Shown here piece after piece: positions 1 through 8,535 of a DNA stretch of 41,248 bases. Source of the DNA: Pseudomonadota bacterium (GTDB taxonomy: Bacteria; Pseudomonadota; Gammaproteobacteria; Ga0077536); NCBI GenBank assembly GCA_031417495.1, contig JANOVQ010000057.1:1-41248 (forward strand). The letters are read 5' to 3'. The translations under genes and the position numbers were made by a program. Position 1 is the stretch's first letter. Each line of letters starts with the position of its first letter. Under the pieces are notes generated by a model. The model was not told where the DNA came from and made no database searches. It was given only the letters and a program-made list of their open reading frames with translations.

Positions 1-98
1 ATGAAGCGCAGCCAACCGCGCGCTCGCTCATCGAGCCGAGGAAAGGAATTGGATTGCATGGACGGGCTCCGTTAGCTGATCAGGCCAAAACCTTGCAC

Positions 99-686
99 TC
101 ACCACATCGGGACGGATTCACCAGCCGAGCCACGGATCATCGTCATTTTTGCGCGTTGCCGATGAGCCATGTGCCAGTTGGGGTCGAGTTCAGTGGCCGG
201 CGGCTCTCGGATGATTCGAGCAGAGACCTTGCCGTGAGGTCCTGGTGCGACATAAGCCTCCGGCAGCGGCACCGGCAGCGGTCGCGTGCGACCGATCGGC
301 AAGACAAAACGCGTCAAGCCATAGAACCACAGGACGAGTACCGCATTTCCGGTGTACTGCGCCTGGCCCGCAAGCAGCGCGTGCACAATCCTGCCAATTG
401 CATGCGGCGAAACCAACGCAAGCCAGCCCTCGCGGGCGTTATCGAAGCATAGATTCAAGGTTGGCGCGGTCGCCGCGCCGGCCCGGGAACTGACGGCGCG
501 TGGCGCGAATACGTAATGGTGAAAAACGCCCTCGACGCTCCCGATCTGGACTGTCAGCTCGCGTGTCACCTGGCGGCGAAAGGATGCGCTCAGGCGGCAC
601 GCGAGCGTCATCCCGATGCCTAAGGCCCAGAGCGTCAGCCTGAACAGGCTCCTGTCCAGCCAACCACGTGGATTATGCGAATGCAT
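99..686 (-). CDS. hypothetical protein with N-terminal hydrophobic anchor; central region only loosely SCP2-like
   Basis: Longest ORF at this locus (195 aa). Hydrophobic stretch LFRLTLWALGIGMTLA near the N-terminus. Third codon positions are GC-rich. No diagnostic motif recognised. Confidence 0.4.
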   Translation of the reverse strand: MHSHNPRGWLDRSLFRLTLWALGIGMTLACRLSASFRRQVTRELTVQIGSVEGVFHHYVFAPRAVSSRAGAATAPTLNLCFDNAREGWLALVSPHAIGRIVHALLAGQAQYTGNAVLVLWFYGLTRFVLPIGRTRPLPVPLPEAYVAPGPHGKVSARIIREPPATELDPNWHMAHRQRAKMTMIRGSAGESVPMW

Positions 687-1201
687 TTTTTCCCCTGCTG
701 GTAACCAAGCATTTTCTGGTTGCTGTTGAATACCTGGCTTAAACCCTCAGCCAAGGTCGGAAGCACACAACGCGTGATGACTTCGTTTTGATGTCGGTGG
801 GCTTGTGGTCGACGATCGCCAAGGCGACCGGCGGATGCGCCAAGCCCAGCTGGCTAAATGTCGTCGCTGCTTCTGAGTATGACATGCGTGTTATTGCGCT
901 TTTTTTCTCGCGAGCGTAACGGGGATCTACCGGTGATAGCGAAGTCCTACCCTACAACGACAATTCAGGCGTCTCTAATTCTATCCCTGCCCGTGTGGTG
1001 AAGGATCAACGGCCGCTGCGCCGATCAGGGGTAGGAATCGGGGCTTGCCCTTGGCATTGCGATACTGCCGTGCTATGCAGCGACCTCGGCACCCGAACTG
1101 CAGCGCCTGACGCGACTGGTGCCATTGCGCGAGCCATGGCTGGTCGCAGAACGTAATACGCGAGCGCATGCTCTTTCTAAATTGATCTCTAGGGGGTTCT
1201 G

Positions 1202-2227
1202 ATGTTCTTGCGAAACCGGTGGTATGTGGCGGGCTGGACAGATCAGTTCAGTCGCGAACTGACCACGCGCACGATTCTGAATGAGCCCATCGTGTTTTAT
1301 CGCACGATCCAAGGCGAAGTGACTGCGCTCGCTGATCGTTGTCCGCACCGGCTGACGCCGTTGTCGCGCGGCCGGCTCATCGGCAACGCCCTGCAATGCG
1401 GCTATCACGGTCTGGTGTTGAATGCCGATGGCAAGTGCACACGCATGCCGACTTCCGCCACGGTGCCGGAGTGGGCCCACGTGAAGCGCTATCCGGTCGC
1501 CGAATTGGACGGCTATCTTTGGATTTGGATGGGCCGCGCCGAGCACGCGGACGTCAGTCTGATCACGCGCTTTCCGTGCAACACCGATCCGCGATATGCC
1601 CTGGCACGGAGTGAGATTCGCATTCATGCGCACTACCAATTGATCATCGATAACCTGCTCGATCTAAGCCACGCCCAGTATTTGCACGCCTACTCGCTCG
1701 GCAATCAGGATTTTCATCGCGCCAAGAGCGTGGTCACGGTCGAAGGCACCACGGTATATGACCGTCGTACCTGTCATAACACCACCGCACCCGCGGCCTT
1801 CGAACATATCCTTGGCGCTGGTAAGCAGATCGACTTTTGGATGGATGCGCGGGTGACGCCACCCGGTGAGTATTACCTTGAGGTGGGCACCACACCGGTC
1901 GGACAGTCGCGCGCGGCGGGCGGCGGAATATTGTCCCCCCAGATTTTGACGCCAGAAACCGCCACGTCAACGATGTACCACTGGACGGTCTGCCGCGACT
2001 ATGACCTGGAGAACGTCGCGCTCACCACTTTATGACGTGAGGCCGTGATCGCCGCGTTAGTGAACGATCAGACGATGATTGAGGCGCAGCAACAGGCGGT
2101 GGGCAGTCATGACATTATCGGTCACGGCGATCATGTGGTGGTGGCGGACGAGTCGGGTGCCGCCGCCTGTCGCATCGTTGAGCAATTACTGTTGGCCGAG
2201 CGCGAACTGACTGCGGCCGCCGCTTAA
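1202..2227 (+). pseudogene. Rieske [2Fe-2S] VanA-like (class IA) aromatic oxygenase alpha subunit, interrupted by an in-frame TGA at 2033-2035
   Basis: Rieske motif CPHRLTPLSRG...CGYHG. N-terminus MFLRNRWYVAGW is typical of the vanillate-demethylase oxygenase family. ORFs 1202-2035 and 2045-2227 are in the same frame. The second ORF carries the expected C-terminal ...DQTMIEAQQQAV... segment. Together they give about 341 codons, the normal family length. Confidence 0.7.
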
Positions 2228-2265
2228 ACGGTGGTCTGAAATCTCCTACCAAGGTGCGGAAAACC

Positions 2266-2819
2266 ATGATTTCGCTGGACGAACTTCGAGCCGAGGACCT
2301 TTCTTGCTCAAAGACGCGCCAGCAGGGCACGTGCTGGATTAGAAAACGGCGGCACTCATCGGCAATGCGCTGCGCATTTCGGTGACCACTCTCGATGGCG
2401 CTGAGGCCGAGATTTATGCCAATCGCGCGCTCGATGCCGGCGCCACCGGACCGCAGCTGCATGAGGCGCGCCAAATAAAGAAAATTATGGACGCGGTCCG
2501 TGGGCAGCGACCGCTATTGGGATGCCATGGAAAACGAAGTACCGGGGTTCTCGACGCGCTGCCTGGACTGTCGCCGGAAGCGTTTGAAGCCTTCTTCGTT
2601 TACTGCGCGGTGCCCTGGAAAACGAGCGCGCTCGCGGCCTTGACCAAGGAACTCATTTCCATGGCACTCGATGCTGCACCTACTCAACGTTACGCGCCGG
2701 GCATGCGCCTGCAGCTGGCCAATGCGCTGCGCCTGGGCGCGGGTAAGACGGCAATTCGACAGGCCCTGGACATCGCGGTGTTCGCTAGCAACGATGCGAA
2801 GTCGGGGTGGCGACGCTGA
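2266..2819 (+). pseudogene. carboxymuconolactone decarboxylase (AhpD-like) family, tandem-domain gene apparently degraded
   Basis: An ATG at 2266 opens MISLDELRAEDL..., which stops after about 39 codons. CMD-like sequence continues in another frame (..AGHVLD*KTAALIGNAL..DGAEAEIYANRALDAGATGPQLHEA) across an in-frame TAG at 2340-2342. A second CMD-like repeat follows (LSPEAFEAFF..ALAALTKELISMALDAA..). A possible extra frameshift lies near 2548. The distal repeat (ATG 2487 to 2819) could still be a stand-alone ORF. Confidence 0.45.
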
Positions 2820-2855
2820 CTTTGGCGCAGGTGCGCCGTGGCGCGGAATTCCTGT

Positions 2856-5645
2856 TCACCCCGTATTGCGCAACCCCGCCGCCAACCCATTAATCGAAAT
2901 CAGGATCCCGCGCTGCAGACGCTCGATGCCAGGATCGCCGGCACGCCGGTCGCGGTAACGGCGCATTAATTCGACCTGCAGATGGTTAAGCGGATCAAGG
3001 TAGGGAAAGCGGTGTGCGATGGAGCGCGCGAGCGCGGGATTGGACTGCAATCTTTGCGCTTCGCCGGTGACCAGCGCTAGTGCTCCTTGCGTGCATTGCC
3101 ATTCGGTTTGGATCAGACCAAAGATCTTTTTGCCGAGGCGCTTGTCGGTCACGAGTTCGACATAGCGTGCCGCGATGCCGAGATCGCTCTTGGCCAGTAC
3201 CATGTCGAGATTGGACAGCAGGGTTCGGAAAAATGGCCACTGCTTATGCATCTTTCGCAGCAAGGCGAGGTGCGCTTTGCGCTTTTTTGCATCCCCGCTG
3301 AGAAAACTCTCGAGCGCAGAACCAAAGCCATACCAACCGGGCAAGGCCACGCGACACTGACCCCAACTGAAGCCCCACGGAATCGCGCGCAGATCTGCAA
3401 TTTCGCGCGAGGCCTTGCGCGCGGCTGGCCGTGAACCAATGTTGAGTTCGGCAATTTCCCCGATGGGAGTCGCGCTAAAGAAATACTCGGTAAAGCCCGG
3501 CGTTTCATACACGAGCTTGCGATAAGCGGCCATGCTGAATTCGCTTAACTGATCGGCTGCCGCTAAGAAGGCGGGCGGCGCGCTCTGCGTGGGACTCAGC
3601 AGCGTCGCTTCGAGGGTGGCCGCGACCAGGGTCTCCAGATTGCGCAGGCCGATTTCGGGATGCGCATACTTCGAGGCGATTACCTCGCCCTGTTCGGTCA
3701 ATCGGATCTGGCCATTCACGGTGCCGGGCGGTTGGGCCAGGATGGCCTGGTAACTGGGGCCACCACCGCGGCCCACGGTGCCGCCGCGGCCGTGGAACAG
3801 GCGCAACGTGATGCCGTGGGTATGACCGAGTTCAGCGAACAATTCGACGAGCGCAATTTCGGTTCGATACAACGCCCAATTGCTGGTGAACATGCCGCCA
3901 TCTTTATTGCTATCGCTGTAGCCGAGCATGATGTCCTGCTCACCACCCGAGGCCTGCATCATCTCGGTTATCCCGGGCAATGCATAAAATGCGCACATGA
4001 TCGGCGCAGCCTGGCGGAGATCCGCAATCGTCTCAAACAGCGGCACTACAATCAGATCGGTCACCGCCAAATCACCAAGAGCGCCGCGCATCAAGCCGGC
4101 TTCTTTCAACAACACCAACACTTCCAGCAAATCACTCACCTCCTCGGTGTGCGAGATGATGTAGTGGCGCAACGCCTCGCGACCGAAACGGTCATGCAAG
4201 ATGGCCGCCGCGTCAAAGATCGCGAGCTCGGCGAGCGCGTGAGCGCTATAGCGTGCCGTGCGCACGCGCAAGGGTCGTGCTTCGTCCAATAAACGAAGCA
4301 GCAGCGCTCGCCGTGCCTCCTCGCCAAGCGCAGCGTAATCCGCTTCGATCTTCGCGACCTTCAGCAATTCGACGATAACCAACTCGTGTTGATCGGAGCT
4401 CTGGCGCAGATCGACGGTGGCGAGGTGAAAACCGAACACCTGCACCGCCCGCATCAACGGGGCCAGGCGTGGCGCGACCAGGGCATCGGCGTGATGGGTG
4501 CGCAGGGAAGTCTCGATGAGCTGCAGATCGGCAAGAAATTCGCTGGCTGCGACGTAGGGATTCTGTGGCGCCACGGCGTGGCGCAGTGCCTCGGTGCCGG
4601 TCAACGCCTGCAGAGTCGCGGCGAGGCGCGCATAAACCCCGATTAATGCACGACGATAGGGCTCATCTTCACGGTGCACATTCTTATCCGGCGAACGTGC
4701 GGCAAGCGCCTGCATCTCAGCCGTCACTGCACACAGAGTGGCGGACATCGACAGCTCAGCACCCAATTGATGGATTTCGGCCAGATAAAAGCGCAGCGCC
4801 GTTTCGCTCTGACGCGCCAGCGCCATGTGTAAGGTTTCCGCTGAGACGTTTGGATTGCCATCGCGATCGCCGCCAATCCAGTTCCCCATGCGAAAGAAGG
4901 TCGCGATCGCGTGACCGGGCAAGGCTGTTTCAATCTCGCGATACAAGCGCGGGATCTGGCGCAGGAAGGTGGTTTGATAATAAGACAGCGCGTTCTCGAT
5001 TTCGTCCGCCACCGCAAGCTTGGCGGTGCGCAGCATGCGGGTTTGCCAGAGCTGCGTCACTCGCGCGCGCAGCAAAGCTTCGTTCTCGGCAAGTTCACGC
5101 ACGGTGCGCAGTTCGTCGCGCGCACCAATCAATTGGGCAATGGCGTGCGCGGCGTCGAGGATGCTCTTACGCTGCACCTCGGTCGGGTGCGCAGTGAGCA
5201 CTGGCGCGATGTAGGCGTGCTGCAAAGTGCGTGCGATATCGACGGCACGAATATCCGCCCGCGCGAGGCGCTTGAAACAAAAAGCCAACGAGCCTTCTTG
5301 TCGATGCGCCTGGCGTTCGTGATGCGCACGGCGCCGCACGTGGTGGCGATCTTCTGCAATGTTCGCGAGATGCGAGAAATAACTGAAGGCGCGGATCACA
5401 CTGACGGTTTGATCACCGCTCAGATTCTTCAGCAAGCGATTCAGCGCACGTCCGGCCTGAGTGTCACGCCTGAGCCGATACGCGACTGAGAGCTGGCGCA
5501 CGCGCTCGATCAGCTCGAACGCGTCCTTCCCCTCTTGCTCCCGGATCACTTCACCGAGGATCCGCCCGAGCAGGCGGATATCTTCAATCAGCGGCAGATC
5601 CTTCCCGGCAGTAGTGGCCGACCGGGGCGCCGGGGCGCGGGGCAT
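2856..5645 (-). CDS. ppc: phosphoenolpyruvate carboxylase
   Basis: 929-aa ORF with PEPC signatures [13 protein letters not shown] and [10 protein letters not shown], and the C-terminal ...GLRNTG. Confidence 0.97.
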   Translation of the reverse strand: MPRAPAPRSATTAGKDLPLIEDIRLLGRILGEVIREQEGKDAFELIERVRQLSVAYRLRRDTQAGRALNRLLKNLSGDQTVSVIRAFSYFSHLANIAEDRHHVRRRAHHERQAHRQEGSLAFCFKRLARADIRAVDIARTLQHAYIAPVLTAHPTEVQRKSILDAAHAIAQLIGARDELRTVRELAENEALLRARVTQLWQTRMLRTAKLAVADEIENALSYYQTTFLRQIPRLYREIETALPGHAIATFFRMGNWIGGDRDGNPNVSAETLHMALARQSETALRFYLAEIHQLGAELSMSATLCAVTAEMQALAARSPDKNVHREDEPYRRALIGVYARLAATLQALTGTEALRHAVAPQNPYVAASEFLADLQLIETSLRTHHADALVAPRLAPLMRAVQVFGFHLATVDLRQSSDQHELVIVELLKVAKIEADYAALGEEARRALLLRLLDEARPLRVRTARYSAHALAELAIFDAAAILHDRFGREALRHYIISHTEEVSDLLEVLVLLKEAGLMRGALGDLAVTDLIVVPLFETIADLRQAAPIMCAFYALPGITEMMQASGGEQDIMLGYSDSNKDGGMFTSNWALYRTEIALVELFAELGHTHGITLRLFHGRGGTVGRGGGPSYQAILAQPPGTVNGQIRLTEQGEVIASKYAHPEIGLRNLETLVAATLEATLLSPTQSAPPAFLAAADQLSEFSMAAYRKLVYETPGFTEYFFSATPIGEIAELNIGSRPAARKASREIADLRAIPWGFSWGQCRVALPGWYGFGSALESFLSGDAKKRKAHLALLRKMHKQWPFFRTLLSNLDMVLAKSDLGIAARYVELVTDKRLGKKIFGLIQTEWQCTQGALALVTGEAQRLQSNPALARSIAHRFPYLDPLNHLQVELMRRYRDRRAGDPGIERLQRGILISINGLAAGLRNTG

Positions 5646-5663
5646 GCGTTGCTCGCGAAGCCC

Positions 5664-5990
5664 TTAAGGGTGCGGTCCCCAGGGCGCTGCCGTCAGCAGT
5701 TTGACTTCTTGCGACACCAGCAATGGCCGAAACTTGGGCGCGAAGCCTTCCATGAAATCGGGGTTGGCGTACAACGCCGCCCAATGCGCCCGGCGCTCCG
5801 CGTCGTCATTGAACCTCCAGAGATGAATGAGTTGATTGATGGTGCCTGTGTCCGCTTGGAAATAACCCACCAGCTTTTTATCCAGACCGCTTTTCTGCAG
5901 CACTGGATAACCGATTTCGGTATAGAGCTTGACGGCTTCCGCCATCTTGCCGACCTGCAGGGTGTAAGTGCGCATTTCGTAGAGTGTCAT
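5664..5990 (-). CDS. NIPSNAP family protein
   Basis: MTLYEMRTYTLQVGK... start and the length (108 aa from ATG 5990) fit the NIPSNAP domain. The ORF track extends to a TTG at 6005. Confidence 0.75.
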   Translation of the reverse strand: MTLYEMRTYTLQVGKMAEAVKLYTEIGYPVLQKSGLDKKLVGYFQADTGTINQLIHLWRFNDDAERRAHWAALYANPDFMEGFAPKFRPLLVSQEVKLLTAAPWGPHP

Positions 5991-6042
5991 TGATGAATCT
6001 TTCAAGGTTGGGAGAGTTTCGTTTTATCACGAAGCGATAACT

Positions 6043-6131
6043 CAGGGACAGTTTACCAATTACATCTTTCGTCTCGCTGGCTTCGCGCCCGCGGGCGAGG
6101 GTCTGTCTTGAAAATCCGTAAACTGTCCCTG
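6043..6131. repeat. 89-bp nested palindromic element (14-bp perfect terminal inverted repeat)
   Basis: CAGGGACAGTTTAC (6043-6056) pairs with GTAAACTGTCCCTG (6118-6131). The inner sequence contains the perfect palindrome CGCCCGCGGGCG. It lies between the arfB stop and the NIPSNAP start. Confidence 0.5.
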
Positions 6132-6146
6132 GTTTCCTGGTTTCCA

Positions 6147-6560
6147 CTACTCCGACGCCGGCCCGCGCCAAGCCTTGATCTGCGCACGCTTCGATTTGTC
6201 TTCCAGGCGCCGTTCCTTGGAGCCCTTGGTCGGCCGCGTTGGCTTGCGCTTCTTGGGTAACACGGCGATCGACAGGATAAGCGCCACTAACCGTGCACGC
6301 GCGTCCTCATGATTCTGCTCCAAACTGCGGAAGCGTTGCGCTTTGATGATGACCACGCCGTCGCCGGTGATCCGGCGATCGCGCAGCGCGAGCAGGCGGG
6401 TCTTGAATTCGTCCGGCAACGACGATGCCTTGATATCGAAGCGCAGATGTACGGCAGTTGAGACTTTATTGACGTTCTGACCGCCGGCACCCTGCGCACG
6501 CACCGCTTGGGTACTCAGTTCATTGTCGGGAATGGCCACTCGCGCGGAGATACGCAGCAC
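6147..6560 (-). CDS. arfB: alternative ribosome-rescue factor ArfB (peptidyl-tRNA hydrolase, YaeJ family)
   Basis: GGQ motif in [22 protein letters not shown]. Basic C-terminal tail [23 protein letters not shown]. Colinear with E. coli ArfB as I recall it. GTG start. Confidence 0.9.
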   Translation of the reverse strand: MLRISARVAIPDNELSTQAVRAQGAGGQNVNKVSTAVHLRFDIKASSLPDEFKTRLLALRDRRITGDGVVIIKAQRFRSLEQNHEDARARLVALILSIAVLPKKRKPTRPTKGSKERRLEDKSKRAQIKAWRGPASE

Positions 6561-6745
6561 GAAAAGCTAATTCCCTATTACCACGACTTGGCGGGTGAGG
6601 GCGCCACGTGCCGCTTCTCGTGATAGGGCGGCAACTAACATAATGGACCGCTCCAATTGGAAGCTGGCGAATCGCCTTGCGCGCGCTTCACTTGCACACC
6701 CATCGATACGCATTAAAAGCGGGATGCCTTGAGGCCCGTGGCAGA

Positions 6746-7120
6746 CTACTGCCCACCCCAGGGGTGATCCACGACATAGCGCCAGCGACCGTCCGTGTGG
6801 CGGCGCACCACTTCAGCGGTGCGACCGCTTAATTCGAGCGCCTTACCGTCGGCGTCAAAGCCTTGCAGGCGCCATTCGTTGCTGAGCAGCGCGAGGTCCC
6901 CATTGCGCGCAGCGTAGCGCGTCTTGAGTTCTAGATTGCGGCCCACCGCAAGGAACCCGCCGAGCGCCGCACGAATGGCGGCCTGGCCAGCGTGTGTAGT
7001 GCCATCGGCGAGGACCATCGTGGCGTCGCTTTCGTACAGGGCGACGAGTCCCTCCAGATCGCCGGCGCGAAAACAACGCAGAAAATTGTCGTGCGCGGAT
7101 TCCGGTTTGAATTCGTCCAT
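6746..7120 (-). CDS. SnoaL-like / DUF4440 (NTF2-fold) protein
   Basis: ATG at 7120 has AAGGAG 7 nt upstream. FLRCFRAGDLEGLVALYESDA ... GRWRYVVDH pattern is typical of the NTF2-like family. The ORF track's TTG at 7150 is less likely. Confidence 0.65.
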   Translation of the reverse strand: MDEFKPESAHDNFLRCFRAGDLEGLVALYESDATMVLADGTTHAGQAAIRAALGGFLAVGRNLELKTRYAARNGDLALLSNEWRLQGFDADGKALELSGRTAEVVRRHTDGRWRYVVDHPWGGQ

Positions 7121-7142
7121 CGTGGCTCTCCTTTCTTTGCGC

Positions 7143-7541
7143 TCACTCAATCGCGGCGATCACTTCGATCTCGATCAACAGCTCGGGGGTCACCAGAGAG
7201 GTCACACCGACCATGGTGCTGGCGGGGAACGGCCCGTCGCCGAGATACTTGCGACGCACCTCGCGCACCTCGGCAGCTTTCTCCGGGGTAAGGTTAACCA
7301 CATAGGTGACGAGCTTGAACACGTCGCTTAACTTCGCGCCGGCAGCGGCCAGTCCGGCACTCAGGTTGGCGTACACCTGCTCGGCTTGGCGGCCAAGGGA
7401 GCCCTTGCCGACCAGTTCCCCGGCGGCATTGAAAGCCACCTGACCTGCAAGATAAATTTGGCGCCCGCCACTGACCACTGCGACATGCGAATACCCAGTG
7501 GGCTTTGCAAGCGTGGGCGGACTGATGAATTCTTTGTTCAT
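7143..7541 (-). CDS. RidA (YjgF/YER057c/UK114) family reactive-intermediate deaminase
   Basis: ...PTGYSHVAVVSGGRQIYLAGQVAFNAAGELVG...VTYVVNL...IEIEVIAA pattern. GGAGA lies 6 nt before the ATG at 7541. An alternative ATG is at 7547. Confidence 0.9.
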   Translation of the reverse strand: MNKEFISPPTLAKPTGYSHVAVVSGGRQIYLAGQVAFNAAGELVGKGSLGRQAEQVYANLSAGLAAAGAKLSDVFKLVTYVVNLTPEKAAEVREVRRKYLGDGPFPASTMVGVTSLVTPELLIEIEVIAAIE

Positions 7542-7713
7542 GGACATTCTCCATTGTGCGGCAGGAACGTGGAGTGTACGCGCGCGACTACCGCTGCGTC
7601 AGCGGTAGGCGTTGGTGACCTCCAAGCATTTAATTGCGAAGCTCTCGACGTGCGACCAGGCGGCGACGGAGTCCCGCTTCGTTGTGGGGGCTGCGGGTTA
7701 ATCGAGCCGGAAG

Positions 7714-8535
7714 CTACGGCAACCGTCCGGCGCTGACCATGCGTCCGTTCAAAATCGTTGGTGCCAGCCAAACGACGAGATCGTCGTACTCGCAGAGCGG
7801 CGTGGCTTCGGTCGCGTTGTCCGCACAGCCATTGGTGCCGCGTGAGTAGGTGCGGGACATGAAGACGGCGTCACCGTCGGTGTTCTCTAATTCATCGGCG
7901 CCGGCGGGCGCCTGTAGGACTGCCCCATTGGTCGTGTGCGCACCGAAACCATTGCGGCCGTGGGAGAGGACCACGGCGGGTAGGCCGGTCGCGTAAGCCG
8001 CGAGTTCAAATTTGCCTTCGTGGGCGCCGTTAGTGGCCGGATTATCGCCTCGACTATGAACTTCTAAAGATCCCTTTGAACAAAGATCGAAATGTTTTGG
8101 CGACACCGAGTCTCCGTTACAAAGACCGTCCGGGTCGGGGCTCGTGAAGGCTGGGCTAGAGACGGCGTAGGTAAAGCGATTACCCCAGGCATCACCCGCG
8201 GCGACACCGAGTTCGCTTGCCGGCAGAAATCCAACCGCCACCGATCCGCCTGCGACATTGCACTTGGCGCTGGTTAGATCGAGTGGATTGAAGGGGGGAT
8301 CAGAAAGACCGTCGCCTGTCGTGTCTGGACACGGCAGGCGACGATTAGTCAACGCGTAGCCATAGAGCGCGTCTACGATCTGCTGCAGCGTTTCTTGTGT
8401 TTGTCGTCGATCACGCGCCTCAAGCTGGGTTTCAAGCGGACCAAACAAACCCGCGATCATCAGACCCAAAATGAACAGCACCACGGTGATTTCCAGCAAC
8501 GTGAAACCACGGCTGCGAGATTTATTTATCGTCAT
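7714..8535 (-). CDS. prepilin-type (class III signal peptide) pilin/pseudopilin, 273 aa
   Basis: MTINKSRSRG|FTLLEITVVLFILGLMIAG has the canonical G-FTLLE cleavage/methylation motif with Glu5. There are 6 Cys. The ATG at 8535 overlaps the upstream gene's stop by 14 nt. The ORF-track start at 8691 lies inside the upstream gene. Confidence 0.85.
   Translation of the reverse strand: MTINKSRSRGFTLLEITVVLFILGLMIAGLFGPLETQLEARDRRQTQETLQQIVDALYGYALTNRRLPCPDTTGDGLSDPPFNPLDLTSAKCNVAGGSVAVGFLPASELGVAAGDAWGNRFTYAVSSPAFTSPDPDGLCNGDSVSPKHFDLCSKGSLEVHSRGDNPATNGAHEGKFELAAYATGLPAVVLSHGRNGFGAHTTNGAVLQAPAGADELENTDGDAVFMSRTYSRGTNGCADNATEATPLCEYDDLVVWLAPTILNGRMVSAGRLP

Noticed and set aside
1-59. Possible start of a minus-strand gene (ATG at 59, GGAG 8 nt upstream; MQSNSFPRLDERARGWLRF...) running off the window
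   Set aside because: Only about 20 codons are visible and no motif is present, which is too little to support a call.
742-885. About 48-codon minus-strand ORF with weak DUF169-like N-terminus
   Set aside because: It is too short and the similarity rests on memory of a loose pattern (..LGL..PPVA..). I mention it only as possible remnant evidence in the gene-decay finding.
1073-1639. 188-aa minus-strand ORF overlapping the 5' part of the Rieske gene
   Set aside because: It is antisense to a region encoding an intact Rieske CxH...CxxH motif and has no motif of its own.
2033-2035. In-frame TGA in the Rieske oxygenase read as selenocysteine or programmed read-through
   Set aside because: I see no SECIS-like stem-loop directly downstream. 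This family is not known to contain Sec. The neighbouring gene also carries a premature stop (a TAG), so decay or sequencing error is more likely.
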